Shown: positions 8,744-17,603, counted from the first letter of the stretch. The stretch is DNA of 24,000 nucleotides from Gilliamella sp. N-G2 (GCF_002142215.1 NZ_NAST01000014.1:25893-49892); one strand, 5' to 3'. The notes: a model not told the origin generated them from the letters alone. Translations and numbers: made by a program.

Positions 8744-9742
8744 ATGCGGAAACCCACAATTAATGACGTAGCCAAGCATGCGAATGTTTCTGTTACTACT
8801 GTTTCACTCGCATTAAGTGGAAAAGGGCGAATATCTGATGTGACTGTTCAAAAAATTAACCAAGTAATAGAACAGCTCGGTTATGTTCGTAATAAAAATG
8901 CAGCAAGGTTACGCAGTGGTCAATCGGCAATTATCGGTGTTATTGTTCGTGATATTAGAGACGCTTTTTATGCAAGTATTATTACCGGTATCAATGAAGT
9001 TTTCTCTAAGCAAGACTATATTCTTTTTTTGTTGCAATCAGATATGACAAAAGAAGGATTATTGAAAAGCGTCAATTCACTCATTGAACAAGATGTATCA
9101 GGCATTATTTTGGGGTATAGCGGAATACTGACCTATGATATTAAGACAATAACTGATAAGCACAAAATTCCCTTAGTCATTGTTGCTCAATCAAGTAGTT
9201 TGAGTAATATCTCTCAAATTTGCTCTGATAATCGATTAGGCGCAGAGTTAGCAACGGAATACTTTATTGGCAAAGGATATCGTCAAATAGCTTACTTAGG
9301 TGGAAGAACAAATTCATTAACGCGAGCAGAACGTTTAGCTGGATTTGGTCATATTCTTGCAAAACATGGATTAAAATTTAGATCTGAATGGATAATACCT
9401 AATGAACGGCCAGAATTATTGGATGATGTTAGCTTTTTACTTAAACAGCATCCCAACGTTACCGCTTTTTTGTGTCATGATACGTCTGCAACCCTATCTT
9501 TAATTTTGAGTGCATCTAAATTCGGTCGAACAATTGGTAAAGGGGGATTAGTGAGCTATTTGGAACCACAGGTAGAAATAATGAGTTTCGCTACTCAAGC
9601 CGAAATACAGATGGCAAAAAGTTTAATCAGTTACGTTGACAATAAACCGATTGAAATTGGTCGTCAAGCCGCCTATACGTTACTGAGAAAGCAATTCACT
9701 ATCGCACAAATTATTATCTCACCCGTATTAGTTATTGATTAG
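8744..9742 (+). CDS. malI: LacI-family maltose regulon repressor MalI
   Basis: N-terminal HTH is TINDVAKHANVSVTTVSLALSGKGRIS. It shares VRNKNAARLRSGQSAIIGVIVRD and SLTRAERLAGF with E. coli MalI as I recall it. It is divergent from malXY, as in E. coli. Confidence 0.88.
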   Translation: MRKPTINDVAKHANVSVTTVSLALSGKGRISDVTVQKINQVIEQLGYVRNKNAARLRSGQSAIIGVIVRDIRDAFYASIITGINEVFSKQDYILFLLQSDMTKEGLLKSVNSLIEQDVSGIILGYSGILTYDIKTITDKHKIPLVIVAQSSSLSNISQICSDNRLGAELATEYFIGKGYRQIAYLGGRTNSLTRAERLAGFGHILAKHGLKFRSEWIIPNERPELLDDVSFLLKQHPNVTAFLCHDTSATLSLILSASKFGRTIGKGGLVSYLEPQVEIMSFATQAEIQMAKSLISYVDNKPIEIGRQAAYTLLRKQFTIAQIIISPVLVID

Positions 9743-10105
9743 TGGTTATTTTTCTCATAATTTTTTATTTGTACTTTATTATGTTCAAGTCCTATATTAT
9801 TGAAAACACAACAAGCTTGAATTCAAAAAATAAAATAAAAAAACACTTGATGCTATGAATAAATCTCCATAAGTTGTGATTATTTTTTATTCATCTTATA
9901 TTTCATTAATGTCTATTTTCTGTTTATTACCTTTGCCTGAAAGTATAACATCTTAATGTAAAATTAGTTCGCATTGTTTACAGTATTAGATGAAAATACT
10001 GTAATAAATATGCATAAAAACTCAAGATTAATACCTTATCATTGAGGTTGTTAATAATATAAATAAAAAGACGCAGATCTGATTTGGATTAAATTTCTAA
10101 TTATC

Positions 10106-10826
10106 ATGTGTGATACATTATTCGGTGGTCAACAATCGCTGATTACTATCAATATGTCTGATTACCAAGAAGCACACACTGTCTCTCAACTCAAAGGATC
10201 GCCTCATGGCTATGTCGGATATGGTCAAGATGGTGTTTTGACTGAAGCTGTCAGAAAACGGCCTTATAGTGTGGTTTTATTTGATGAAGTTGAAAAGGCA
10301 CATGGCGACGTGCTTAATTTATTCTATTAAGTTTTTGACCGTAGATTTATGCGAGATGGAGAAGGTCGAGAAATTGATTTTCTCAACACATTAATTATTA
10401 TGACGTCGAATTTGGGTAACGATGAACTTATGGCATTTTTTTGATAAATGCCTGATGCAGATCTAGCTACACTAGCATGAATTATTACGTCCAATTATTC
10501 GAGAACACTTTCAACCAGCACTACTTGCGCGTTTTCAAACTGTTATTTTCACACCGCTAGCAAACGATTCATTACGACATATTGTGAAAATGAAATTAGA
10601 CAAAGTGGCTTCACAATTATAAAAACATTATAAAATCGATTTTAATGTGGACGAACAACTCTATGATCAATTGGTTGCTGCGTGTTTATTACTAGATACT
10701 GGAGCAAGAAATATTGATAGTATTTTGAATCAACAAATTTTACTGGCGGTATCAAGCATTCTCTTGCAAAGAGATAGTCATCATCCTGATACAACACAAA
10801 CATTAATTCTCGATTTTGATAAATAA
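10106..10826 (+). pseudogene. clpV: Remnant of T6SS AAA+ ATPase ClpV/TssH (C-terminal third only, multiple disabling lesions)
   Basis: The D2-domain sequence is [62 protein letters not shown]. It continues with the ClpV-type FY(Q->TAA)VFDRRFMRDGEGREIDFLNTLIIMTSNLG. Lesions are the loss of about 600 N-terminal codons, an in-frame TAA at 10328-10330, and TGA-TAA at 10442-10447. There is also a frameshift between 10447 and 10476, and an in-frame TAA at 10620-10622. The tail still reads FQPALLARFQTVIFTPL ... LDTGARNIDSILNQQIL. Confidence 0.8.
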
Positions 10827-10966
10827 TGAAAGATAATTTACGACAATTATTAGATGAGTACGTTGAAAAAGAAGCTCAATTTAATTACGTCCATAATTTA
10901 GATCCCGATAATGCTTTTACTTTAAAAACACGAAATCAGATGTTGTGGTTTTATATAATATCATAA
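10826..10966 (+). CDS. 46-codon ORF overlapping the clpV remnant stop (TAATG); possibly the stub of the next T6SS-cluster gene
   Basis: It translates MKDNLRQLLDEYVEKEAQFNYVHNLDPDNAFTLKTRNQMLWFYIIS*. Only the coupled TAATG junction suggests an ancestral gene. I recognise no homology, and it may not be expressed. Confidence 0.2.
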   Translation: MKDNLRQLLDEYVEKEAQFNYVHNLDPDNAFTLKTRNQMLWFYIIS

Positions 10967-11186
10967 CCATGAAAAGCAAATTTATGATCAACTCTTAATT
11001 CATTCTCATTGTAATGTTATTTACTCTTCTTCTCTGTAGTATCACTTCACCATTTATTTGTAAAAATAATTGAGGGGGGTGTATACCATCACATTAATGT
11101 TTGGGGATTAATAACCTGTTCTCGTTTGTATGATTATGGATAGAGGAGTTAGCTATGCTTAAGGCTCATTCTAACTAAAAAACTAT

Positions 11187-11234
11187 TGCCTAAATAGACA
11201 TACTAATACAAAAGTATAACATCCTATTTAGGCA
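11187..11234 (-). terminator. Inverted repeat downstream of the 1104-aa gene (possible terminator)
   Basis: Perfect 11-bp arms TGCCTAAATAG / CTATTTAGGCA are separated by 26 nt, about 70 nt after the stop at 11303. On the minus strand they are followed by ATAGTTTTTT. The loop is large and the T run is offset, so confidence is low. Confidence 0.3.
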
Positions 11235-11302
11235 TTAAAGTTCATGATGCACTAGAAATAACAAAATAAATATACATTTAATAGTACTGTAACAGTCTTT
11301 GA

Positions 11303-14300
11303 TTAAAGGTTAATATTTAAATCTTCTTGCAACTGTTTTGCTTTCGCAACTGCTGTTGACTTTAATTTTGATGAAGCTATTTCATGCAGACCTTCCCATT
11401 TAGCATCTTTGATGTAACCACGCAATGCAGCTTCTTTCAAATAAGCGGAATACTGTAAAGATATATCTAAAATACGATTTGTCCAGACTGGTATTTTTTC
11501 CCCTCGACTAATTAGATTACCAACAAAACGAACACATTCAATTAAAATAGGCCAAAGTAATGGTAAAAATTTAATTTCTTTTTCTAATGACCTAATAAGT
11601 TTTGCAGGACTTACAATGGGATTTTTTAAAAATAGTAAAATTGCTCTACGAACAGTTTCTTCATCAATGTGACTTGTTAAAACATAATTTTCAGCAAAAT
11701 AGGCACCTTCGCCATCTTGAGCGAGAAGTCCAATAACAACCATCAATAAAGTATTCGATAATGCTGGTATTTTTGTACTAGACAATGGGCCATCTTCATT
11801 TTTTAACCAATTTCGATATTTGCTGACCAGTAAGGCTTTTTTATCATTATCCCAATGCAAATAAACACTTTTTTGGCTATCCGTTGTAAATTTAGGGTGT
11901 TCTATGGGGGCTGGATATGCTTGACATTGCCCTTCTTCTAAATCATAAAACCAATTTGTTTTTACTATATGAAAAACTCGGTCATTAATATCTGGTAGTT
12001 TCAATGTAAAAATGAAAGCGGAATTAGATTTGCTTTGCTCAAATAAATCAATTGAGATAATAGCGCCATCATCAAGTACCGGAATGTTTTTTTCTTTTTT
12101 AGGCCAAATTTTATCAAAATCAGTTACATTAACTTCATTAGATTTTTTTGATTTAACAAATTTAATGTCTGGTAATTGAGTAATAATATATTTTGCTACA
12201 TTGATTACTCGTGAACTGCCTGTTTTTTCAGCTAAAGTTCTCAAACCTAAAAGATCCAGTTGATTTGGCGACGCAAGTCCATTGGTAACAGCAAACTGAA
12301 CTTCGGGTAAAAATTCTGCTATAGCATTTACAATTTCATCAGTTCCCACTAGTAATCTCGGCGCTTTTAAAGAGGCTAAAATTAATTCGTCTAAAATTGG
12401 CCATACAACAGATAAAAGCCCTTGCTGAGCAATATTTGACAGCGTTGCAACTAAGCTAACTAATTTAGAAGGAGTGCTATTTATCCAGTCTAGTAAGAAA
12501 ACATCAGCAATTCCTGGTATAAGTAAACCTCTTTCCCATGCCTCATTCACGGCTAAGGCTATATCAGCTATAGCACGGGGTGATGCTGAACGCTGTGCAG
12601 CGAGAATATTCATTGCAACACCAGCAGTTAACGGTATTTGTCTCTTAGCAATTTGCCTAAAAATGAGTCCTTTTCCATGCTCCATTTCATTGAATGAGGA
12701 AACACTCAGTCGTATAGCAGCATCACCCCAGAGCGGAAACACAGAAAATGCACTAGTAGTCAAATCACCTAAAGAATCAAACCTTTTAGGAAAGTATTGT
12801 AATGATGGGGTGGTTGGAATTTTTATATCCCAAAAATATTCCTCATTATAATCTAATAAAACTTCTTTTACTGGGCAATTAAGATAAGCTAAAACTATGT
12901 CACTAGCGTTAATAGGGATTTTTTTACCTGATTGTAAAATGACATCAACCTTTAACGTTTTTAATAAGTTTAAATTTTTACTACTTTGTGTTTTGGTATC
13001 CAAACGAGTTAAAGCTAAAAATATATCTGCTTCAAGTGCATGAATTTTATTTTTCTGATATTTTTCTAGTCGCTTACAAAAATCATCTACTGTAATTGAA
13101 AGATCACTCTTACTAGGAGTTGATAAAATACAAGGCAATTGATCTAAATTTTTGCACACTACATAATTACGAGCATGCAATACTTCATGTACCATATCTT
13201 TCTGATCTGCTCCCCAATAGCCTTCAGGTTCGATTCCTTTCACCCAACAAGCAATCAAATTAAGTAGTACATCAACAGATGTTGGTTTCACCCCCGCCAA
13301 ACTTGTTCTAGCCGATTGAGGATCGTTATAAGCGATCTTATTTGCAACAGCTAGAAATCTTTCAACAACAGTATCACAAACGAACTCTCTTCGATTAACC
13401 AGTTCACTGGCAAGCTCTGTTAATGCTTGAGGTGTAACTTCTCCCCAATCAAATTGAGGGCATGTCCATAAAGATGGTGTTTTTTGCCAAAGATGTTTAA
13501 TGTCCTGTGTATGACTTTCTTCAATTTGTGCATAATTGAGTTGCCAATGGTTAGCCAATTGACGAGCTAGCTTTGCAATAGATTTATCTTTATCGTCACA
13601 CCATATCGCCAGCCATGGTGTGAGTTGCTCTACATCACTAAGGGCTTTTCTTGTCATTGCTGTTTTTAAAACTAACTGTTTTGTTGATTTAACCTTTGCG
13701 GAGAATGAAGCTATCATTACCTCATTTAAAAGTTCATCATCAACATTTTTTATCAATATAGGCGCAATTTTTGCAATTACATCTGATTCACCTTTGGCAA
13801 GTAAAGGAATCAAAACAGCTGTTCTTTCACATAACGTTGTAGTACTTATCCCTAACCCCTCTATTGCACTAACCCAAACCTTTCTATCCCCAGGTCGACT
13901 GGCAATATCTAACGCAAAAAAGATAAACTCTATTGCATCGTGTTTTGAGAGCCAACCTTGCTTAACACCTTCGATAAATACAGAAAAGAATGGTCCCGTT
14001 GCAGGTACATTGACGGCAATCCCTATTTTAATATGCTCAGAAAATCTGCGTTTTATTTGTTCTTGTGTTGGTAACTCTTGTGTCGATACTGCTCTAGAAT
14101 AATCTTCAGCAGGTAATCCCATGGACAAAGCAGCATAAACGGCCCAATCTTTCATATATTCGTAGCTTTCAGGAATAGCTAAATTTAACTGATCAACAAG
14201 TTGAACGGCAATATCACCAAATACACTTGAAGAGTGTTCAAATACTCTTCTTCTGGATACGCAAGCTTTGCTGATAAAGTTAGTCGCATATTTTTCACCT

Positions 14301-14617
14301 TTATCCTTAATAATAGGCAGTAATAAGGGCCTATCAGCAAAATAAGCAAACTCTAAAGCACGGGTGATAGAAACACCAATCCTAATAGCATACAATGTGA
14401 TATGTTTGAGATTGCATTCAATATATCCTTCATTGCTGTAATCGCTGTTTGCCTCTCTTTTAATAAGACGCTCCCAGTCTCCATTTTTTAGACCATTCAG
14501 CGCTATTTTTTGTTGTTCTTTTGTGCCTAGTGGTTGCTGTAATATGGTATCTATAGTTACTTTTTCCCATCCCAAAGAGTTAAAAATAGCAACGGCTTCT
14601 TCAAGCTTAGAGTTCAT
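11303..14617 (-). CDS. 1104-aa cytoplasmic protein of unknown function, partner of the SWIM zinc-finger protein
   Basis: Uninterrupted 3315-nt ORF. Its ATG at 14617 overlaps the upstream gene stop by 11 nt (ATGAACTCTAA). It has no signal peptide and no convincing TM helix, and I find no Walker A, helicase or kinase motif by eye. It is rich in L/I/A/E/K and looks like an extended helical scaffold. The only catalytic-looking string is HEVLH at residues 477-481. Confidence 0.85.
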   Translation of the reverse strand: MNSKLEEAVAIFNSLGWEKVTIDTILQQPLGTKEQQKIALNGLKNGDWERLIKREANSDYSNEGYIECNLKHITLYAIRIGVSITRALEFAYFADRPLLLPIIKDKGEKYATNFISKACVSRRRVFEHSSSVFGDIAVQLVDQLNLAIPESYEYMKDWAVYAALSMGLPAEDYSRAVSTQELPTQEQIKRRFSEHIKIGIAVNVPATGPFFSVFIEGVKQGWLSKHDAIEFIFFALDIASRPGDRKVWVSAIEGLGISTTTLCERTAVLIPLLAKGESDVIAKIAPILIKNVDDELLNEVMIASFSAKVKSTKQLVLKTAMTRKALSDVEQLTPWLAIWCDDKDKSIAKLARQLANHWQLNYAQIEESHTQDIKHLWQKTPSLWTCPQFDWGEVTPQALTELASELVNRREFVCDTVVERFLAVANKIAYNDPQSARTSLAGVKPTSVDVLLNLIACWVKGIEPEGYWGADQKDMVHEVLHARNYVVCKNLDQLPCILSTPSKSDLSITVDDFCKRLEKYQKNKIHALEADIFLALTRLDTKTQSSKNLNLLKTLKVDVILQSGKKIPINASDIVLAYLNCPVKEVLLDYNEEYFWDIKIPTTPSLQYFPKRFDSLGDLTTSAFSVFPLWGDAAIRLSVSSFNEMEHGKGLIFRQIAKRQIPLTAGVAMNILAAQRSASPRAIADIALAVNEAWERGLLIPGIADVFLLDWINSTPSKLVSLVATLSNIAQQGLLSVVWPILDELILASLKAPRLLVGTDEIVNAIAEFLPEVQFAVTNGLASPNQLDLLGLRTLAEKTGSSRVINVAKYIITQLPDIKFVKSKKSNEVNVTDFDKIWPKKEKNIPVLDDGAIISIDLFEQSKSNSAFIFTLKLPDINDRVFHIVKTNWFYDLEEGQCQAYPAPIEHPKFTTDSQKSVYLHWDNDKKALLVSKYRNWLKNEDGPLSSTKIPALSNTLLMVVIGLLAQDGEGAYFAENYVLTSHIDEETVRRAILLFLKNPIVSPAKLIRSLEKEIKFLPLLWPILIECVRFVGNLISRGEKIPVWTNRILDISLQYSAYLKEAALRGYIKDAKWEGLHEIASSKLKSTAVAKAKQLQEDLNINL

Positions 14618-15962
14618 AAATACCTTCCTTGATTTGTACAGCTAAAACATGCTTACAAGGGCCTTTTTTCTGTTGATTTTTAAGATACCAAGTACATGTA
14701 CATTGTGGATTGCAATTCAGTTGATTTATAGGAATAGACACACGATAACTATCATCTGTAGAATTGACTATCCATGTCATCTCATCAATTTTTTCGATCC
14801 GATCAACTAATTTATGCGCACCAATAAGACGTGGATTATCTTTTAAAACTCGGTTCGGATCTTCTGGTAATTCGCGATGAAAATAAGAACCTTCATATGC
14901 ATCAAACCCAAGTTTTCCAGAAACGGCAAGATAAGCTAGTGCGCGCTCAATGCGATAAGCCTCTAATGCAGAAGCATTTGACAATTGTTCTTTATTAATA
15001 AGCGCATCAAACTGTAAAAGATCATTCACTATTTTTGAATCTTTTTGTTCTGCTGATGAAACTAAAGATGTTAACAATGCTCCTTCACCAGAATATCCTT
15101 GCCATGTTTCAGCTGTTAAGCTGAGTGTTAAACGAGCACCCAAAAGGCTTACTTCAATCATGCATGGCCCCTGCTCGTTATTTTGCAAACAGTAAAAGGT
15201 TAAACTTTTAATATTAGTTATTAGTCGCTTAAGTGCATTGAGACGATGCAAGCCAGATATATAAACACTATGCGTATCGCTTCTAGACATTAATTTAATA
15301 CCTGAACGCGATAATACAAGCCAACCAAATTGATTTTTACTCGTTACATTAGGTAGAGTACTCACAAACATTTGTGCTTGAGGTCCTTTTATTGTAAAAA
15401 CTGGCTTCATGTTTTTATGGATTTCAGCGATATTGCCTAAAGCTCTTATCCACCGATTAGGCATTTGAACAGGCCGTTGTAAAATGATTTTATCTAACCC
15501 TTTGAGATGATTGCCTTTATCCTCTATATGCCGTGTTACTAACCCTTGATCACCTATATTTAAATGAAGTCTGTCTTTACTATTAACCTTAGCAAGAGCT
15601 TGTCTTAAACCAATACCAATATCAACATTAGTAGTACCTCGATAAATCTCTCCATCAAGGCCTTCTCTTAATAAATCTAAACGTGCATATACCCCATTAC
15701 AGGCAGAAAAACACTCTGCTCTTACACGATCACCTTGCGCTGAAAGTACCGGATCTTTTTGAAACTCAGGCTTATACTGGAAATAGTTCGTAGAAGTAAT
15801 GTCTGCTAATACAAGCAATCCTCTTGCAATAATTTGAGGATAAAGAGCAAAACCAGAAAAAAATACCGGATGATTAACAATACCTGTTGGCGTCAATGCA
15901 GGAGAAAGCGCTAAAGCTAGTGCTCCATCAGTAAAATTTGATTGCTGAAAAAAAGCTCGCAC
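14607..15962 (-). CDS. SWIM zinc-finger domain protein (451 aa), N-terminal ~400 aa uncharacterised
   Basis: GTG start at 15962 has AGGA 6 nt upstream and no in-frame ATG nearby. The C-terminus CTCTWYLKNQQKKGPCKH is a complete SWIM signature CxCx12CxH (nt 14649-14702). The rest of the protein carries no motif I recognise. Confidence 0.85.
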   Translation of the reverse strand: MRAFFQQSNFTDGALALALSPALTPTGIVNHPVFFSGFALYPQIIARGLLVLADITSTNYFQYKPEFQKDPVLSAQGDRVRAECFSACNGVYARLDLLREGLDGEIYRGTTNVDIGIGLRQALAKVNSKDRLHLNIGDQGLVTRHIEDKGNHLKGLDKIILQRPVQMPNRWIRALGNIAEIHKNMKPVFTIKGPQAQMFVSTLPNVTSKNQFGWLVLSRSGIKLMSRSDTHSVYISGLHRLNALKRLITNIKSLTFYCLQNNEQGPCMIEVSLLGARLTLSLTAETWQGYSGEGALLTSLVSSAEQKDSKIVNDLLQFDALINKEQLSNASALEAYRIERALAYLAVSGKLGFDAYEGSYFHRELPEDPNRVLKDNPRLIGAHKLVDRIEKIDEMTWIVNSTDDSYRVSIPINQLNCNPQCTCTWYLKNQQKKGPCKHVLAVQIKEGIYEL

Positions 15963-16128
15963 GTTTTTTCCTAAATAAAAAAATTAAAACAAATACTACA
16001 TATTATATCTGTTACGATTATATTGTTTATTAATAATTAGTTTATCAAAAAACACCAAAAAAGTGAGTTTTTTAATTGAGTTATTAAAATGGCAATATAA
16101 TTAAAAAATTGAATAATTATTTAATTAA

Positions 16129-16329
16129 CTAAAATCTATTTTTTTCATCGAATGTGATAACACAAGATGTTGCGGCAATTTGCTCTGCTAATAATTTAAT
16201 AAATGTCGATTTGCCAGAGCCGTTATGACCAACAATACCATAGACAAGCCCTGGTTGAAATTGAGTCGTTACATGATTAACAACAAGGGTATCTTGAATT
16301 TGGTATCCAATATCTTGAGCAATAAGCAT
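16129..16329 (-). pseudogene. ABC transporter ATP-binding protein, N-terminal 66 codons only (FepC/FecE-like iron-siderophore type)
   Basis: Reads MLIAQDIGYQI..VVNHVTTQFQPGLVYGIVGHNGSGKSTFIKLLAEQIAATSCVITFDEKN. It has Walker A (GHNGSGKST) and the beginning of the following strand, then a stop. The Q-loop, signature, Walker B and H-loop (about 190 codons) are absent, and the downstream 166 nt are AT-rich non-coding. Confidence 0.7.
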
Positions 16330-16388
16330 ACTAATTTAATTATCCATCCAATTACGCTTTAAAGTTATCCTATCTACCTATTCTGATA

Positions 16389-17603
16389 CTATTTTCCCAT
16401 TGTTCGACTTGCATAAAATGCATTTAAAAATGCCAATACTATTGAGCCGATTACAACTGGAAAATAACCAAATTTTTGTGCAAGATAATAACTTAGTGAT
16501 ATTACGATAAATCCACATATAAAACTTGGCGCTGATTGAGCATTACAAGCAGTAGAACGTGCCTGTGAACTATCTGAGTTGTCCATTATGATGGCAGTAA
16601 TCGCAATAGACATTAAAGGTAAACTAAAGAAGTAAAGAAAACAGGCTAAATAGACATTAAAAATATTAACATAACCTAACGAGATCGGGATGAATGCAAG
16701 TAAACCAAAAGCATGAAAAAGTAATGAATATGTTAAACTTTGTTTCCTAGATAATCGCTTGAGGATTTTTGCAACTAATATAACAGCCACTAAGCTAACA
16801 ATGGATCCAAATACTTTTAATAAAATAGCAATATCTGATAATGCCCAACCATCATCGACAAGTATTGGTGATAATAGATTATAAGCTGGTAAGAAACTAA
16901 ACGGCATAAGTATCAAAATAATTAACCAATTAATTCTACCTTTCCAGATGATAATCAGATCTTTCCAATATTTAGGATCCATATTTTCATATATTGGTTT
17001 ATTTTGACAGTAACGGTACTCTTCAAAAAAGAAAAGTTGAATTAATGTAAATCCAATTAAAATAGCAATTAATAATAAACAACCCATCCAACCAATATAG
17101 GCATAAAGTAGTAAAATTACTCCGCCACCTAAAATATTACCTATCATAGAACCACTGGTTTTGATACTTGAAATTAGATAACGTTGCTGAACTAAAAAAA
17201 TATTACAGGCTAATCCTGATATGGCTAATTCTTGAGTTGCAGTCATGGTCGAAAAAATAAAAATGATGGGTAAAATGATATAAAACTGTTTTATAGGATC
17301 TAACAAAGCTATAAAGATTAAGCATACTAACATTAGCGTTAAAGAGATAAATAACCAATTGCGATAATGAGATATTCGTCTTTTTAAATATTTATCAATA
17401 ACAGGTGCCCATAAAATTTTTAAACCAATTGGTAACATCATTAAAGGAATAAGACTTAATTGGTCTAACTCCATACCATCTTTTCTTAGGATTAAAGCTA
17501 AGGCGATTGTCAAAAAGCCAATACCAACATATTCTGTAATATAAAGACTTACAAATAATAACCATACATTTTTAGGTAATTTAATTGTTGCTTTGTCATT
17601 CAT
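16389..17603 (-). CDS. MFS permease of the AmpG/FptX/RhtX type (probable single-component siderophore importer)
   Basis: 404 aa with about 12 hydrophobic segments. The loop motif GLKILWAPVIDKY resembles the LKxLW(A/S)PxxD signature of the AmpG/FptX/RhtX group as I recall it. It lies immediately downstream of a TonB-dependent receptor on the same strand. The substrate assignment is by context only. Confidence 0.7.
   Translation of the reverse strand: MNDKATIKLPKNVWLLFVSLYITEYVGIGFLTIALALILRKDGMELDQLSLIPLMMLPIGLKILWAPVIDKYLKRRISHYRNWLFISLTLMLVCLIFIALLDPIKQFYIILPIIFIFSTMTATQELAISGLACNIFLVQQRYLISSIKTSGSMIGNILGGGVILLLYAYIGWMGCLLLIAILIGFTLIQLFFFEEYRYCQNKPIYENMDPKYWKDLIIIWKGRINWLIILILMPFSFLPAYNLLSPILVDDGWALSDIAILLKVFGSIVSLVAVILVAKILKRLSRKQSLTYSLLFHAFGLLAFIPISLGYVNIFNVYLACFLYFFSLPLMSIAITAIIMDNSDSSQARSTACNAQSAPSFICGFIVISLSYYLAQKFGYFPVVIGSIVLAFLNAFYASRTMGK

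Noticed and set aside
9978-10004. 10-bp inverted repeat TTACAGTATT-agatgaa-AATACTGTAA in the malI-clpV spacer
   Set aside because: No U tract follows on either strand and it is not positioned after a gene end. Its function cannot be argued and it may be chance.
15963-16128. Sigma70 promoter for the SWIM operon (TTGATA ... TATAAT candidates on the minus strand)
   Set aside because: Several -10-like hexamers exist, but the spacings to -35-like hexamers are off (about 20 nt). In DNA this AT-rich such matches are uninformative, so a promoter is probably here but cannot be pinpointed.
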